Below are positions 54,543 through 63,867 of a DNA stretch of 64,000 nucleotides, piece after piece; the first letter of the stretch is position 1, and every line of letters begins with the position of its first letter. The DNA is taken from contig CASFZJ010000001.1 of the NCBI GenBank assembly GCA_949299165.1, positions 626 to 64,625 on the forward strand, in the 5' to 3' direction. This stretch comes from an uncultured bacterium. Its GTDB lineage: Bacteria > Bacillota_I > Bacilli_A > RFN20 > CAG-826. The notes beneath the pieces are model-generated. The model was given only the letters and a program-made list of their open reading frames with translations. It did no database searches and had not been told where the DNA came from. The position numbers and the translations under genes are program-made.

Positions 54543-55228
54543 TTATTTTGTATAAATTAAGTGAACAGTATTTCCTTCGCATATTTTTGCTTCTTTTATC
54601 TTATAATATTTAGGAAAACGAGAAATATCGGTCGTTCCAATGAAATTTAATTCTTTTCTTCCGCCTTGGATACCAGGACAAATAACTAAACTAATTTCAT
54701 CAATTAAATCTTGTTTCATAAACACGGAATTAATTTCAGCTCCACCACAAAGCATAAATGACTCAAGACCATATTTGCTAAGACAGTTTTTCTAAGAAAA
54801 TTTTTGGGTCAAAATATTCTTTTCCAGCGAAAATATAGCCAATACCTTTTGAATCTAAATAAGTTAAAAACGTCTATCAACACTTTCTGTTAAAACAAAA
54901 ATAAAACGATTTTTTTACCATAATAATCATTGTATGGTTCTTTGAAAAATAATTTCCCTTTTCTATCAAAAGCAAAACAATATAAATAATCTTTAACAAA
55001 ATTATCATTTAATTCGCCTTGTTTTGATTCGTATTTTCTTAAATCAACATTTTTATCTGACAAATACTCGAAGGTTTCCCTACCACAACCCCAAGCGTTA
55101 GAAGTTGCGAATGTATAATTATCATAAAACTCTCCAGCTTTCTCGCAATCTGGATAACCTTGCAAGTCTATGACAATTTTTCCGTCAATAGTTGTATACA
55201 TATGAGAAATTATCTTAGTTTTTACCAT
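54543..55228 (-). pseudogene. decayed RibD_C / dihydrofolate-reductase-family gene
   Basis: An N-terminal 112-aa ORF (MVKTKIISHMYTTIDGKI...) and a C-terminal 70-aa ORF (LCGGAEINSVFMKQDLIDEISLVICPG...) are separated by about 135 nt. In that gap the homologous reading (VLTESVD / TYLDSKGIGYIFAGKEYFDPKIFLEKLS / KYGLESF) needs at least three frame changes or stop read-throughs. Confidence 0.75.
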
Positions 55229-55462
55229 ATTTTAATAGTTAGTCTCCAATTTCTAATAAAATTATAAATCGGAAAAATATTTAAGCGTAAAAGTAATTGT
55301 CAATTTATACAATTTGTCAGTTATTTTAAAAAAGATTGGAATAAAATTTAAATGGTAATGCGTTTATATACCTCTATATCAAGTCTGACAGCACATTTTT
55401 TTCATTCGTCCATTAGTTCGAACACAAACAACCGATTATATCAAGCTAATTACGCGGGCATT

Positions 55463-55485
55463 AAAAAAGTCCGATACAATCGGAC
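55463..55485 (-). terminator. terminator after tRNA-Gly
   Basis: The minus strand reads GTCCGA-ttgt-ATCGGAC followed by TTTTTT. Confidence 0.65.
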
Positions 55486-55497
55486 AAATTCGTATAC

Positions 55498-55571
55498 TGG
55501 AGCAGGTGACGGGAATCGAACCCGCGTAATTAGCTTGGAAGGCTAATGCTCTACCATTAAACTACACCTGC
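55498..55571 (-). tRNA. tRNA-Gly (anticodon UCC), CCA encoded
   Basis: Hand fold: acceptor GCAGGTG/CACCTGC, anticodon stem TTAGC/GCTAA, loop CTTCCAA, T-arm GCGGG-TTCGATT-CCCGT, 74 nt. Confidence 0.9.
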
Positions 55572-55640
55572 GTGCTTGATTATTCTATAAGAAACCAATA
55601 CAATAATCAAGCAGAAAATATAAAATTAGAGGTAAAAATT

Positions 55641-56240
55641 ATGTCAAAAACACTTGAAATATGCGTAGCAACCAACAACGATCATAAAATGGGCGAACTA
55701 AAAGCAATTTTTAAAGATTACAATATCAAACTTTACTCATTGAAAGAATTAAATATAGTTGTTGATCCAGAGGAAAACGGAAAAACATATGCAGAAAACG
55801 CATTCATCAAAGCAAGCGAAGTTGCTAAATATACAAAATTACCAGTTTTAAGTGATGATTCTGGAATTGAAATTGATGCTTTAGGTGACCATCTTCCAGG
55901 AATTTATTCTCATCGCTTTGCAGTTGAACATGGAGGTCAGCTAAAAACCAATACTTTAATTGTTGAAAATCACCCTGGTTCAAAAGCTCATTTTACGGCA
56001 CATTTTGTTTTATTAAATTTAGAACCAAATGAAAGATTAGATTTTGAAGGGATTGTAAATGGTAAAATTGCTGACAAAATAAATGGTGAAGGTGGATTTG
56101 GTTATGACCCAATCTTTATTCCTGAAGGTTATAATTGCACTATTGCTGCTGTTTCAGCTGACGAAAAAAATCACATTTCGCATAGATATAGGGCAGCAAT
56201 TAATATGTTAAATTACTTAATTGAGAAAAAATACTTGTGA
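55641..56240 (+). CDS. rdgB: non-canonical purine NTP pyrophosphatase (RdgB/HAM1)
   Basis: MSKTLEICVATNNDHKMGE..., DDSGIEIDAL, GFGYDPIF and SHRYRA. ATG at 55641 after AGAGGT. The ORF-track start at 55572 lies next to the tRNA. TGA stop. Confidence 0.9.
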   Translation: MSKTLEICVATNNDHKMGELKAIFKDYNIKLYSLKELNIVVDPEENGKTYAENAFIKASEVAKYTKLPVLSDDSGIEIDALGDHLPGIYSHRFAVEHGGQLKTNTLIVENHPGSKAHFTAHFVLLNLEPNERLDFEGIVNGKIADKINGEGGFGYDPIFIPEGYNCTIAAVSADEKNHISHRYRAAINMLNYLIEKKYL

Positions 56241-56260
56241 TTTGCAGGGTTTTTAAGAAA

Positions 56261-57136
56261 TTAACGACCTTTTAAGAACTTTTGATAATAAACAATATAA
56301 ACTATTGCACCGAGCACAAAAGGTATAATCATAAAATAATAAAACATTACATTAACAGTAACGCCTAATATCAAAAATATAATTAAAAGAAGAGCAAAAA
56401 ATAATTCAACTCCCATTACTAAACGATAAATTTTGAGTGATTTTGTATCGATAATTATGATGCGATTGTCACTTAATTCTTCTTCGTTATTCAAAACTTC
56501 ATGATGAATTTCTTTAAGTTCTTTTACTTTATTTTCAAGTTTGTCAAGTTGCTCGTTTAAATTTGTTTCTTCAAAAAATGTATTTTTTTCTTCTTCAGAA
56601 CAAAGAGCAATCCCATCTCTAAAATAAGAAATTATACCTAAAATGTCATCTAAACTTTTTTCGTAATTATTTAAATATTCACGTGATAGACATTTTCCAT
56701 CTTTAAACAATCTTTCATTTGCTTCTCTTAAATATTTATTCGTTTCTTTAATTACATCTTCAACAAATGTTAAAAACAAAAAAGTATTTTCAGCATTTAA
56801 CGAAATTTCATATTTATCAATAATTGGAATAATTTTATCAAAATTTAAATTTTTAAAGTCTTGTTTATAAAGTGTGGCTAAAGCAATTCCAATAATAGCT
56901 TGAAGATCATTTTCTACAATTGTTAAGCATTGTTCGTAAAGATCAATTGCACGGTCATAATCGCCTTTTTGAGTTAAACAAGTAAAAGCTTGATTAGTTA
57001 AAGCACCATATTGTCTTTCAAAAATCTTTTTGCCTTGTTCAAGTTCAAAATTTGCTGAGCATTCTGAACAAAAAACAATGTTTTTATCTCCTCTTGTTTC
57101 TATCAAATGACCACATTTAGGACAAATTACTTTCAT
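56261..57136 (-). CDS. zinc-ribbon / TPR-like helical / coiled-coil protein with two C-terminal TM helices
   Basis: 291 aa with CPKCG-x13-CSEC at the N-terminus and a helical repeat region (GDYDRAIDLYEQCL). A coiled coil (LDKLENKVKELKE) follows, then two hydrophobic helices. It starts 9 nt after the helicase stop. Confidence 0.65.
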   Translation of the reverse strand: MKVICPKCGHLIETRGDKNIVFCSECSANFELEQGKKIFERQYGALTNQAFTCLTQKGDYDRAIDLYEQCLTIVENDLQAIIGIALATLYKQDFKNLNFDKIIPIIDKYEISLNAENTFLFLTFVEDVIKETNKYLREANERLFKDGKCLSREYLNNYEKSLDDILGIISYFRDGIALCSEEEKNTFFEETNLNEQLDKLENKVKELKEIHHEVLNNEEELSDNRIIIIDTKSLKIYRLVMGVELFFALLLIIFLILGVTVNVMFYYFMIIPFVLGAIVYIVYYQKFLKGR

Positions 57137-57145
57137 ATAAACTCC

Positions 57146-60100
57146 TTATTCTTGATAAAAAATGTTGTCTCCATCAATTCTAATGAATTCTTTAATTTGA
57201 GCAAAATCAATTGCAGTGTTTACTACTTCTTTCATTGCGTCACCAACTTTGTTGAAACCAAAAGCAGAGACAATATATTTTATAAGTTCGTCTCTATTTA
57301 ATGAAAGCTTTATTTTCATAATATCTTTAATTGCAACAAGAATTTCTTCTTTAGGAATATCGATGAATTCACGATATTTAGAACCAACTCTATAATAATT
57401 AACATTATTTTTATCTTCTTCTTTATCCCGATAAAATTTTACATTATTTGTGAAATTAGAAGGCTTATTGTATAAAAGCTCATTAAAAACAGCTTTTGTT
57501 GATTTTGTATTTTTAGAAATCGAAAATTGATTTAAAACCTTCTTGAAGAGTAATCTTTCGCTGATCGGTCCTTCATTTCTAATGAAAAATTCGATGACAT
57601 TTCTAGTTTTAGTTTCTTTATCTTCGAAAAATAAGTCACTATCAGTTTCTCTTTGAGGGTAACTTGATGGTACATAATCAATTGAATGATTAAAATTATT
57701 TTGATTATCTTCTTTTTCAAAAACTATTTTCCTTTTTTTGTTTCTTTTTTCTTCATCATTAAAATTTGGATTATTAATTGCTTCAACGATTTTATCAATT
57801 ACAAGGTTTGGTGAATCAAAATAATCTAAAGACCAAATTCGAATAATTCTCCAACCAAGCTGATTTAAAACATCAGTTTGTACGACATTACGGTCTTTGC
57901 TAGTTTTAGAATTAATATAACTTCTTGAATCACAAAGAACACCTAAAATATATTTATTTTCGTCACTTGGATCAACTACACCAATATCGACTCTAAATTC
58001 GCTTGTGCCAATATTTGTATTAACTTTATAACCTCTTTTCTCTAGGTCACGTGCAATAAATTTTTCAATTCCTTCTTTGTATTCTTTTTGTTCACCATTT
58101 TTAATAATAATGAAATTTCTTCCATTATAAGCATAATCTAGGAATTCTTTTAAACCTCTTGCGCCTTTCCCTTGGGCACGATTAGTGTCAATTTGGCCAC
58201 TTAAAAGCGAAGAGAAAACAATCATTTCTTCTCTGGCTCTTGAAACAGCAACATTAAGTCTTTTTTCTCCTCCAACATTGGATAATGGTCCAAAATTAAA
58301 TGAGATTTTTCCATCTTTATTTGGTCCATAACAAATCGAGAAGATAATAACATCTCTTTCATCTCCTTGGACACTTTCAAGATTTTTAACAAAGAGCTCT
58401 TCTTTTCCAGAATATGCTTTATTTTCTAGTTCAGGATGTTTTCTAAACGCAGTTTGAAGCATATCTAAGATTAAAGTTTGTTGAGAAATTGAGAAAGTTA
58501 CAACGCCAATACTCTTTTGAGATAATTTTTCATCACTTAATCTACGAATAATTTCATCAACTATCGCTTTTGCTTCGACTTTATTTTTTCTATCTTCATA
58601 AAGTCCATCTGAACAATATCTAAACGAGATTGAACTATTTAAAGAACGAGGTGAAGGGAATGTCAAAAGTTTATTGTCGTAATATTCAACGTTTGAAAAT
58701 GCGATTAAACTTTCATCTTTACTTCTATAGTGCCAAGTTAAATATTTTTTAGGCATTGAAATATTTAAACAATCTGATAAAACACTTTCCCCATCTTCAA
58801 TAAAGAAGTCATCTTCATCACTAGTGTCAGCCTCAAAAAATCTTGTTGGTGGAAGTTGCTTTTCATCTCCAACAATTACGACACTTTTACCTCTAGCAAT
58901 GGCGCCAATTGCATCACTTGTCGTAATTTGACTAGCTTCGTCAAAAATAACAATGTCAAATTTCTTATGAGTAGGGTCAAGATATTGAGCAACACTAAGA
59001 GGAGACATTAAAAAACAAGGGCAAATTGTATGTAAAATATTTGGTGTAGAATCAAATAAATTACGTAAACTTATACCTCTTCCATTTGATGAAATAGCTT
59101 TTTTAAGAATCATAAATTCTTTTGCTTTTTGACTCGTTTCATCTTCTTTAGAGAAGAAAGTACTCGTGCCTTTTGATAAACGATATGCAACTTCTTTAAT
59201 AGTTAATTCATTATATTTATCGATTAAAGTACGATACTCTTCGATTTTTTCGTTTTGCGAACGGCCGCTGAACATGTTAAGTTCTTTGTCGCTTTCTACA
59301 TCCATTAAAGCTAAATTGTAAGAAACATTCTTTTGATAAATTTTTGGTAAATCTTCTTCTTTAATTTCACCTTTTAAATTTAAATCAATAATATTTCCAA
59401 CATTGATTTTCTTAATTTCATCAACTTCATTTTTGAAAATAATATAATCTTTTAATCTTTCATTACGATTAATTACTCGATCTACTTTTTCAATACTTTC
59501 GGTTAAATTATATTCATCAAAAAGCGATAAAACATTAGAGTTAAAATCATTTAAAAGAGTATCTTGTAAACTTAAAATCTCTTCATAAACATCGTAAATT
59601 TCTTCATATTTTTTATCGGCTTCAATAATAAGTTTAAACGTTTTTTCGCGTTCCATATTATCAAAACTATCAAGATATTTAATGAAATTTTGAGTTAATT
59701 CAACGTTAGTTAAAATAACGTCAGAATTAGTATCAAATTTAAGATAATCATCTTCAAAAGCAAGTTTCAAATCTTGCTCATTGTCGTTAATATTATTAAG
59801 CACATCGATAACTTTGGATAAATCATTTAATAAACTTTCGATATTCTTCTTGTTTATCTTTTTAGGGAATAAAGAATAGCTTCTTAAGTCTAAAACAATA
59901 TTTTTAATTGTTTTATTTTTTACAAAAAAACCTAAGTTTTGCGCTTGTTTTAATCTAAATAACGAATGTTTGTAATTATATTTAAAGATTTCTTCGTTAA
60001 AATTTTCTTTAAAATATTGGTATAAATCTTTGGTAGCTTTTATTCCATCAATTAAAGAAATTAAATCAGAAATATAACCCTCACTTTTATTTAATAAAGA

Positions 60101-62845
60101 GAAATAAATATTATCTTTATTTGAGTTAAAATATTTTAGTGAATTAATAAATTCAGTGAAATTTTTAGAATTAAATGTCAGTTCTTCATGGCACGAATTA
60201 TATAAATCTTCGCTGATAGTTTTAAATTCAATTAAAGAAGATTTATATTTTTTAAGTTCATTAACAAATTTATTTCTAAGTTCAATTGAATATTCATTTA
60301 AATTAATAAAATCAAAAAGTTTGATGTATTCTTCGCCAATCTCTCTTTTATAATTAATGTATTTTTGAATCTCATTTAAAGTTTCAAAATAATTTGTTTT
60401 GTTGATTTTAGAATAATCAATTCCTTTTACTTCTACATCTTTAAAATCATTTTTATATTCTTCGTAAGATAAAATATTTTCGTAAAGATCAAACCCGTTT
60501 TTAAATGGCTTATGAAGTTTTTTAATGATTTCGTTAAGCTCGTTTCTTTTGCCTAAAACATCGTTTGCGCACTTCTCATATTCAAATGGTTTTTTAAGTT
60601 TTCCAATCTCTAAAATATGATTAATTTGTTGCAAAACATCTGACTTTTGCGCTTTATTTGAATGAAGTTCAATACAAAACATGCCAAGGCCAGTTTCGTC
60701 GAGTCTTCTTTTAACTACTTCAAGTGCAGCCATTTTTTGTGCAACAAAAAGAACAGTTTTTCCATTATACAAACTGTTTATTATCATGTTTGTAATGGTT
60801 TGACTTTTTCCTGTGCCAGGAGGACCATTTAATACAAAACTTAATCCTCGTGAAGCATCTAATATGGCTTCGGTTTGGCTACTATCTGCACTTAGAGGAA
60901 TAGCAAATTTATTTGGCAAAAGCAAAGAGTCTAAGTCTACGGCTTTAGTTGGTTCAATCTTGTTTTTAAAAGCGTATGTTGGATCGACAAGAGCATGAAC
61001 AATATCATTTTTGACTAATTCTTTTTTGTGATTTCTTAAATCATTCCACATGATAAAACGTGTGAAACTAAAAATTCCTAAAAACGATGATTCAGAAAGG
61101 ATAAATCCATCATATCCAGTAATCTTGCTTCTTAATGTATTAAAATATTTTTTAATATCATATGAATCTTCTTCCGAATCATAAGGAAGTTTTAATAAAC
61201 CTGAGCAATCGATATCGTAATTAATTTTAAAATATTCATATAAAGTTTGGTTAATAACGATGTCTTCATCTCTAAAAGATAAAACATAGCTCTTACCTTC
61301 TTTTCCACGAGCAATATTTACTGGTAAAAGTAAAACAGGCGCGTATTTTGTCTTGCCTTTATCTTTATAAATAATTGTGCCAATTGTTAAAAATAACGTA
61401 TTGCTTCCACTTTCTTCAATGCTACTTTGAGCATCTCTCATAAGTTTTTTAATAATAGTTAAAAGTCTTTTTTCGCTTACTAAAATACGAATTCTATCGT
61501 TCAAAATGTCATTATTAAATAATTCTTTGTCTTCTTCATCGCTAGTAATATAGATTTTGTTACTTGAATCTAACTTATTGAGAGTAGTAGAAGCATGAAG
61601 AGTAACATCGTTATGAATTATTTCATTAAAAAGCTTAAAAATATCAGTTGAGAAAATTTGAAAATGTTGACTATTTGGAGTAAAACTTACAAGTTTATTT
61701 CGTCCATTTAAATCAAGTAATTTTTTCTCCCAAATATCGAAACGATCTTTAACGTGTTCTGTTTCTAAAAAACCTGAATCATCTAAATCGTAATTTTCTT
61801 TTTCCGCTTTTAGTGGCGAATTATCAACAACATATTTTCCTTCTTCACTAATTTTAATAGGTAAAGGTTTAATTGAAGAATTTCTAGCGCTCTTTACATC
61901 AATTGCATAAAAATGATTAGTCTTTTTATAAAGATTTTTACGCCCACTTTCATAAATCTCTTTAAAAGTGACTTGATTAGAATTTGCGATTAAAGTCGTT
62001 TCAAGAAGAATTAAATTTTGAGCCGCACTTTGATTTATTAAATAAGCTTCATCTTCAATTACAACACTTGGATAAACAAATTGATTGAGCCACACTCCAA
62101 CAAAAGCATGTCCATCAATTAAAATAACTAAAGGATTTAAGCCTATCGCTTCAAGAGCTCCCGCCATAAATAAACTTGTATCGAGACATGTTGAAAGTTT
62201 TGTGTTTACAATTTCAAGAGGTAAACGAACTTTTTGGCCATCTTTTTCAAAAGATGCTTTAGGCACGCAATAAGAAATATTTAATGATTTTAAAGCATAA
62301 AATACACTTGAAATTTGATTTAAAACATCTTCTTTATTAGCGGTTTGATAAGCTACAAATTGAGCGTTATTATTTGTTAATTTTGCTAAATATTCTTTTG
62401 CAATATTAACGATATTTTTTACTTCTTTATCATTTGGTAAAACAAAACTCGCTAAATGTTGTACCCCACAACTATTTCCATCCCGCTCATCGTAAGTTAA
62501 AATTTCTGTATTATAAGTTTGTTTTACAAGTAACTCTTCATCTTTAAATAACTCAATTACAATTGAAGCAACAAAAGATTCATTAAGTGAATAAAAGTAT
62601 TCGAAGTTAATTGGAGCAACAATATTTTCTTCTTTAATTTTTTGATGTTTGCCAATAAAAGAAATGCCAAAACTAATAGGAGTTAAAAATTCAGGAAGAA
62701 ATGAAATTTTACAAATTAAATCTTTAAAATCTTCTTCACTATCATTTTCAAAAATAATATTTTCAATTACTTTTTTACCAGAATTTAATAAGGAATAGTT
62801 AATTTTTTTCAAATATTCCATTGAAATTTTTAAGGCATTATTCAT
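57146..62845 (-). CDS. giant Upf1-like SF1 helicase with a C-terminal PD-(D/E)xK-like nuclease and a DUF3320-like tail
   Basis: 1899 aa. It contains LLDLNGRNKLVSF (DUF4011-like), GPPGTGKSQT, VIFDEASQ, VGDEKQLPP, VQGDERDVIIFS and RLNVAVSRAREE. It also has FRVDIGVVDP...GVLCDSRSY...GWRIIRIWSLDYF (Vsr/DUF559-like) and a C-terminal FIRNEGPISERLLFKKV region. Confidence 0.85.
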   Translation of the reverse strand: MNNALKISMEYLKKINYSLLNSGKKVIENIIFENDSEEDFKDLICKISFLPEFLTPISFGISFIGKHQKIKEENIVAPINFEYFYSLNESFVASIVIELFKDEELLVKQTYNTEILTYDERDGNSCGVQHLASFVLPNDKEVKNIVNIAKEYLAKLTNNNAQFVAYQTANKEDVLNQISSVFYALKSLNISYCVPKASFEKDGQKVRLPLEIVNTKLSTCLDTSLFMAGALEAIGLNPLVILIDGHAFVGVWLNQFVYPSVVIEDEAYLINQSAAQNLILLETTLIANSNQVTFKEIYESGRKNLYKKTNHFYAIDVKSARNSSIKPLPIKISEEGKYVVDNSPLKAEKENYDLDDSGFLETEHVKDRFDIWEKKLLDLNGRNKLVSFTPNSQHFQIFSTDIFKLFNEIIHNDVTLHASTTLNKLDSSNKIYITSDEEDKELFNNDILNDRIRILVSEKRLLTIIKKLMRDAQSSIEESGSNTLFLTIGTIIYKDKGKTKYAPVLLLPVNIARGKEGKSYVLSFRDEDIVINQTLYEYFKINYDIDCSGLLKLPYDSEEDSYDIKKYFNTLRSKITGYDGFILSESSFLGIFSFTRFIMWNDLRNHKKELVKNDIVHALVDPTYAFKNKIEPTKAVDLDSLLLPNKFAIPLSADSSQTEAILDASRGLSFVLNGPPGTGKSQTITNMIINSLYNGKTVLFVAQKMAALEVVKRRLDETGLGMFCIELHSNKAQKSDVLQQINHILEIGKLKKPFEYEKCANDVLGKRNELNEIIKKLHKPFKNGFDLYENILSYEEYKNDFKDVEVKGIDYSKINKTNYFETLNEIQKYINYKREIGEEYIKLFDFINLNEYSIELRNKFVNELKKYKSSLIEFKTISEDLYNSCHEELTFNSKNFTEFINSLKYFNSNKDNIYFSLLNKSEGYISDLISLIDGIKATKDLYQYFKENFNEEIFKYNYKHSLFRLKQAQNLGFFVKNKTIKNIVLDLRSYSLFPKKINKKNIESLLNDLSKVIDVLNNINDNEQDLKLAFEDDYLKFDTNSDVILTNVELTQNFIKYLDSFDNMEREKTFKLIIEADKKYEEIYDVYEEILSLQDTLLNDFNSNVLSLFDEYNLTESIEKVDRVINRNERLKDYIIFKNEVDEIKKINVGNIIDLNLKGEIKEEDLPKIYQKNVSYNLALMDVESDKELNMFSGRSQNEKIEEYRTLIDKYNELTIKEVAYRLSKGTSTFFSKEDETSQKAKEFMILKKAISSNGRGISLRNLFDSTPNILHTICPCFLMSPLSVAQYLDPTHKKFDIVIFDEASQITTSDAIGAIARGKSVVIVGDEKQLPPTRFFEADTSDEDDFFIEDGESVLSDCLNISMPKKYLTWHYRSKDESLIAFSNVEYYDNKLLTFPSPRSLNSSISFRYCSDGLYEDRKNKVEAKAIVDEIIRRLSDEKLSQKSIGVVTFSISQQTLILDMLQTAFRKHPELENKAYSGKEELFVKNLESVQGDERDVIIFSICYGPNKDGKISFNFGPLSNVGGEKRLNVAVSRAREEMIVFSSLLSGQIDTNRAQGKGARGLKEFLDYAYNGRNFIIIKNGEQKEYKEGIEKFIARDLEKRGYKVNTNIGTSEFRVDIGVVDPSDENKYILGVLCDSRSYINSKTSKDRNVVQTDVLNQLGWRIIRIWSLDYFDSPNLVIDKIVEAINNPNFNDEEKRNKKRKIVFEKEDNQNNFNHSIDYVPSSYPQRETDSDLFFEDKETKTRNVIEFFIRNEGPISERLLFKKVLNQFSISKNTKSTKAVFNELLYNKPSNFTNNVKFYRDKEEDKNNVNYYRVGSKYREFIDIPKEEILVAIKDIMKIKLSLNRDELIKYIVSAFGFNKVGDAMKEVVNTAIDFAQIKEFIRIDGDNIFYQE

Positions 62846-63020
62846 TGGCGCTCCTCCAAAAACTATCTCTATTATTTTAACATTGCTAAATGCTTTTTTA
62901 ACTATATTTATAAAGATTTATAAATAAATTTCGTGTGCTTGTTGCGAGTTAAATTCATCTATTATTGTTTAATAATTTTTTAGGAGTATGCCACTATTTA
63001 AGTCAATCATAATATAGCTT

Positions 63021-63060
63021 AAAAGTGGGATCAAATTGTGATAAAAACAATTGATTCCAC
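63021..63060 (-). terminator. hairpin terminator after mgsA
   Basis: The minus strand has a 14-bp stem (GTGGAATCAATTGT / ACAATTTGATCCCAC, one bulge) followed by TTTT. Confidence 0.55.
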
Positions 63061-63087
63061 TAAAGTTTTAAAATAAGTAAATAAAAA

Positions 63088-63492
63088 TTAATCCTTATCT
63101 ATATCCTTAACATGCGAAACAAAAGTACCAAGTCTAATTGCGTCAAGCATGACGTGTGCACTTGATAAATTTGTTGCAAGTGGAGTGTTCGTAACATCAC
63201 AAAGTCTAAGTAAAGCGTTAACATCTGGCTCATGAGGTTGCGCTGTTAATGGATCACGTAAAAATATAACAAGATCAAGATCACTATCTGCAATCATTGA
63301 ACCGATTTGTTGGTCGCCACCAAGTGGACCACTTTTCATACATTTAATTTTTAAATCAGTTGCGTTAGAAACAAGTTTTCCAGTTGTTCCTGTTGCAAAA
63401 AGTTCATGCCCTTCTAATGCATCTTTATATTTAATGCAAAGAGCAATCATATCTGGCTTTTTTTGATTATGTGCAATTAAAGCAATTTTCAT
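63088..63492 (-). CDS. mgsA: methylglyoxal synthase
   Basis: 134 aa with [26 protein letters not shown] and [12 protein letters not shown]. Confidence 0.95.
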   Translation of the reverse strand: MKIALIAHNQKKPDMIALCIKYKDALEGHELFATGTTGKLVSNATDLKIKCMKSGPLGGDQQIGSMIADSDLDLVIFLRDPLTAQPHEPDVNALLRLCDVTNTPLATNLSSAHVMLDAIRLGTFVSHVKDIDKD

Positions 63493-63657
63493 AAATTGAG
63501 TTCTCCTACATGAAAATATATTACAACTTTTGGCACATTCTTAAAATAATAGTTAACTTTATTTTTTTCTCTTAAAAAGTTTAATAAACCTATTAAAAAT
63601 AGAAAAATTAACTCGGTTAATTTTTAAATTTTTCTCTGAAAAATTTGCCACTAGCAA

Positions 63658-63714
63658 GTGATACGAGAATCGAACTACTAATACCGAAAGCATGGAGCCG
63701 TTATACCATTTTAG
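63658..63714 (-). other. tRNA-derived fragment (D-loop to T-loop), not foldable as a tRNA
   Basis: The minus strand reads ...AAATGGTATAACGGCTCCATG...TATTAGTAGTTCGATTCT... It shares 20/21 and 18/18 nt blocks with the plus-strand tRNA-Thr at 63756-63829. The acceptor, anticodon and T stems do not pair. Confidence 0.5.
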
Positions 63715-63755
63715 TGTTGCAGTTTGTTTCATTTTCGATTATGATTATGAAGTTA

Positions 63756-63829
63756 GCCAGTTTAGTTAAATGGTATAACGGATCCATGGTAAGGATTTAT
63801 TAGTAGTTCGATTCTTCTAACTGGCACCA
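63756..63829 (+). tRNA. probable tRNA-Thr (anticodon GGU), CCA encoded
   Basis: Hand fold: acceptor GCCAGTT/AACTGGC, D-arm GTTA-AATGGTA-TAAC, anticodon stem GATCC/GGATT, loop ATGGTAA. The T-arm AGTAG-TTCGATT-CTTCT has one U-U mismatch and the variable loop is 4 nt. Total 74 nt. Confidence 0.6.
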
Positions 63830-63840
63830 CATTGAATATA

Positions 63841-63867
63841 AAGAGCTGAGAAATCAGCTCTTTTTTC
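63841..63867 (+). terminator. rho-independent terminator after tRNA-Thr
   Basis: AAGAGCTGA-gaaa-TCAGCTCTT followed by TTTT. Confidence 0.75.

Noticed and set aside
55572-56240. Possibility of Mycoplasma-type code (TGA = Trp), raised by the TGA that ends rdgB
   Set aside because: All Trp codons in conserved positions that I checked are TGG (for example YNWGYDP and NWNRP). ORFs up to 1899 aa contain no in-frame TGA. Reading through the rdgB TGA adds only 8 residues. The standard code fits.
63658-63714. Minus-strand tRNA gene suggested by the GTTCGATT T-loop and the AATGGTATAAC D-loop
   Set aside because: The acceptor (GCAACAC versus CACTTGC), anticodon and T stems (AGTAG versus CTCGT) do not pair. 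It is kept only as a tRNA-derived fragment.
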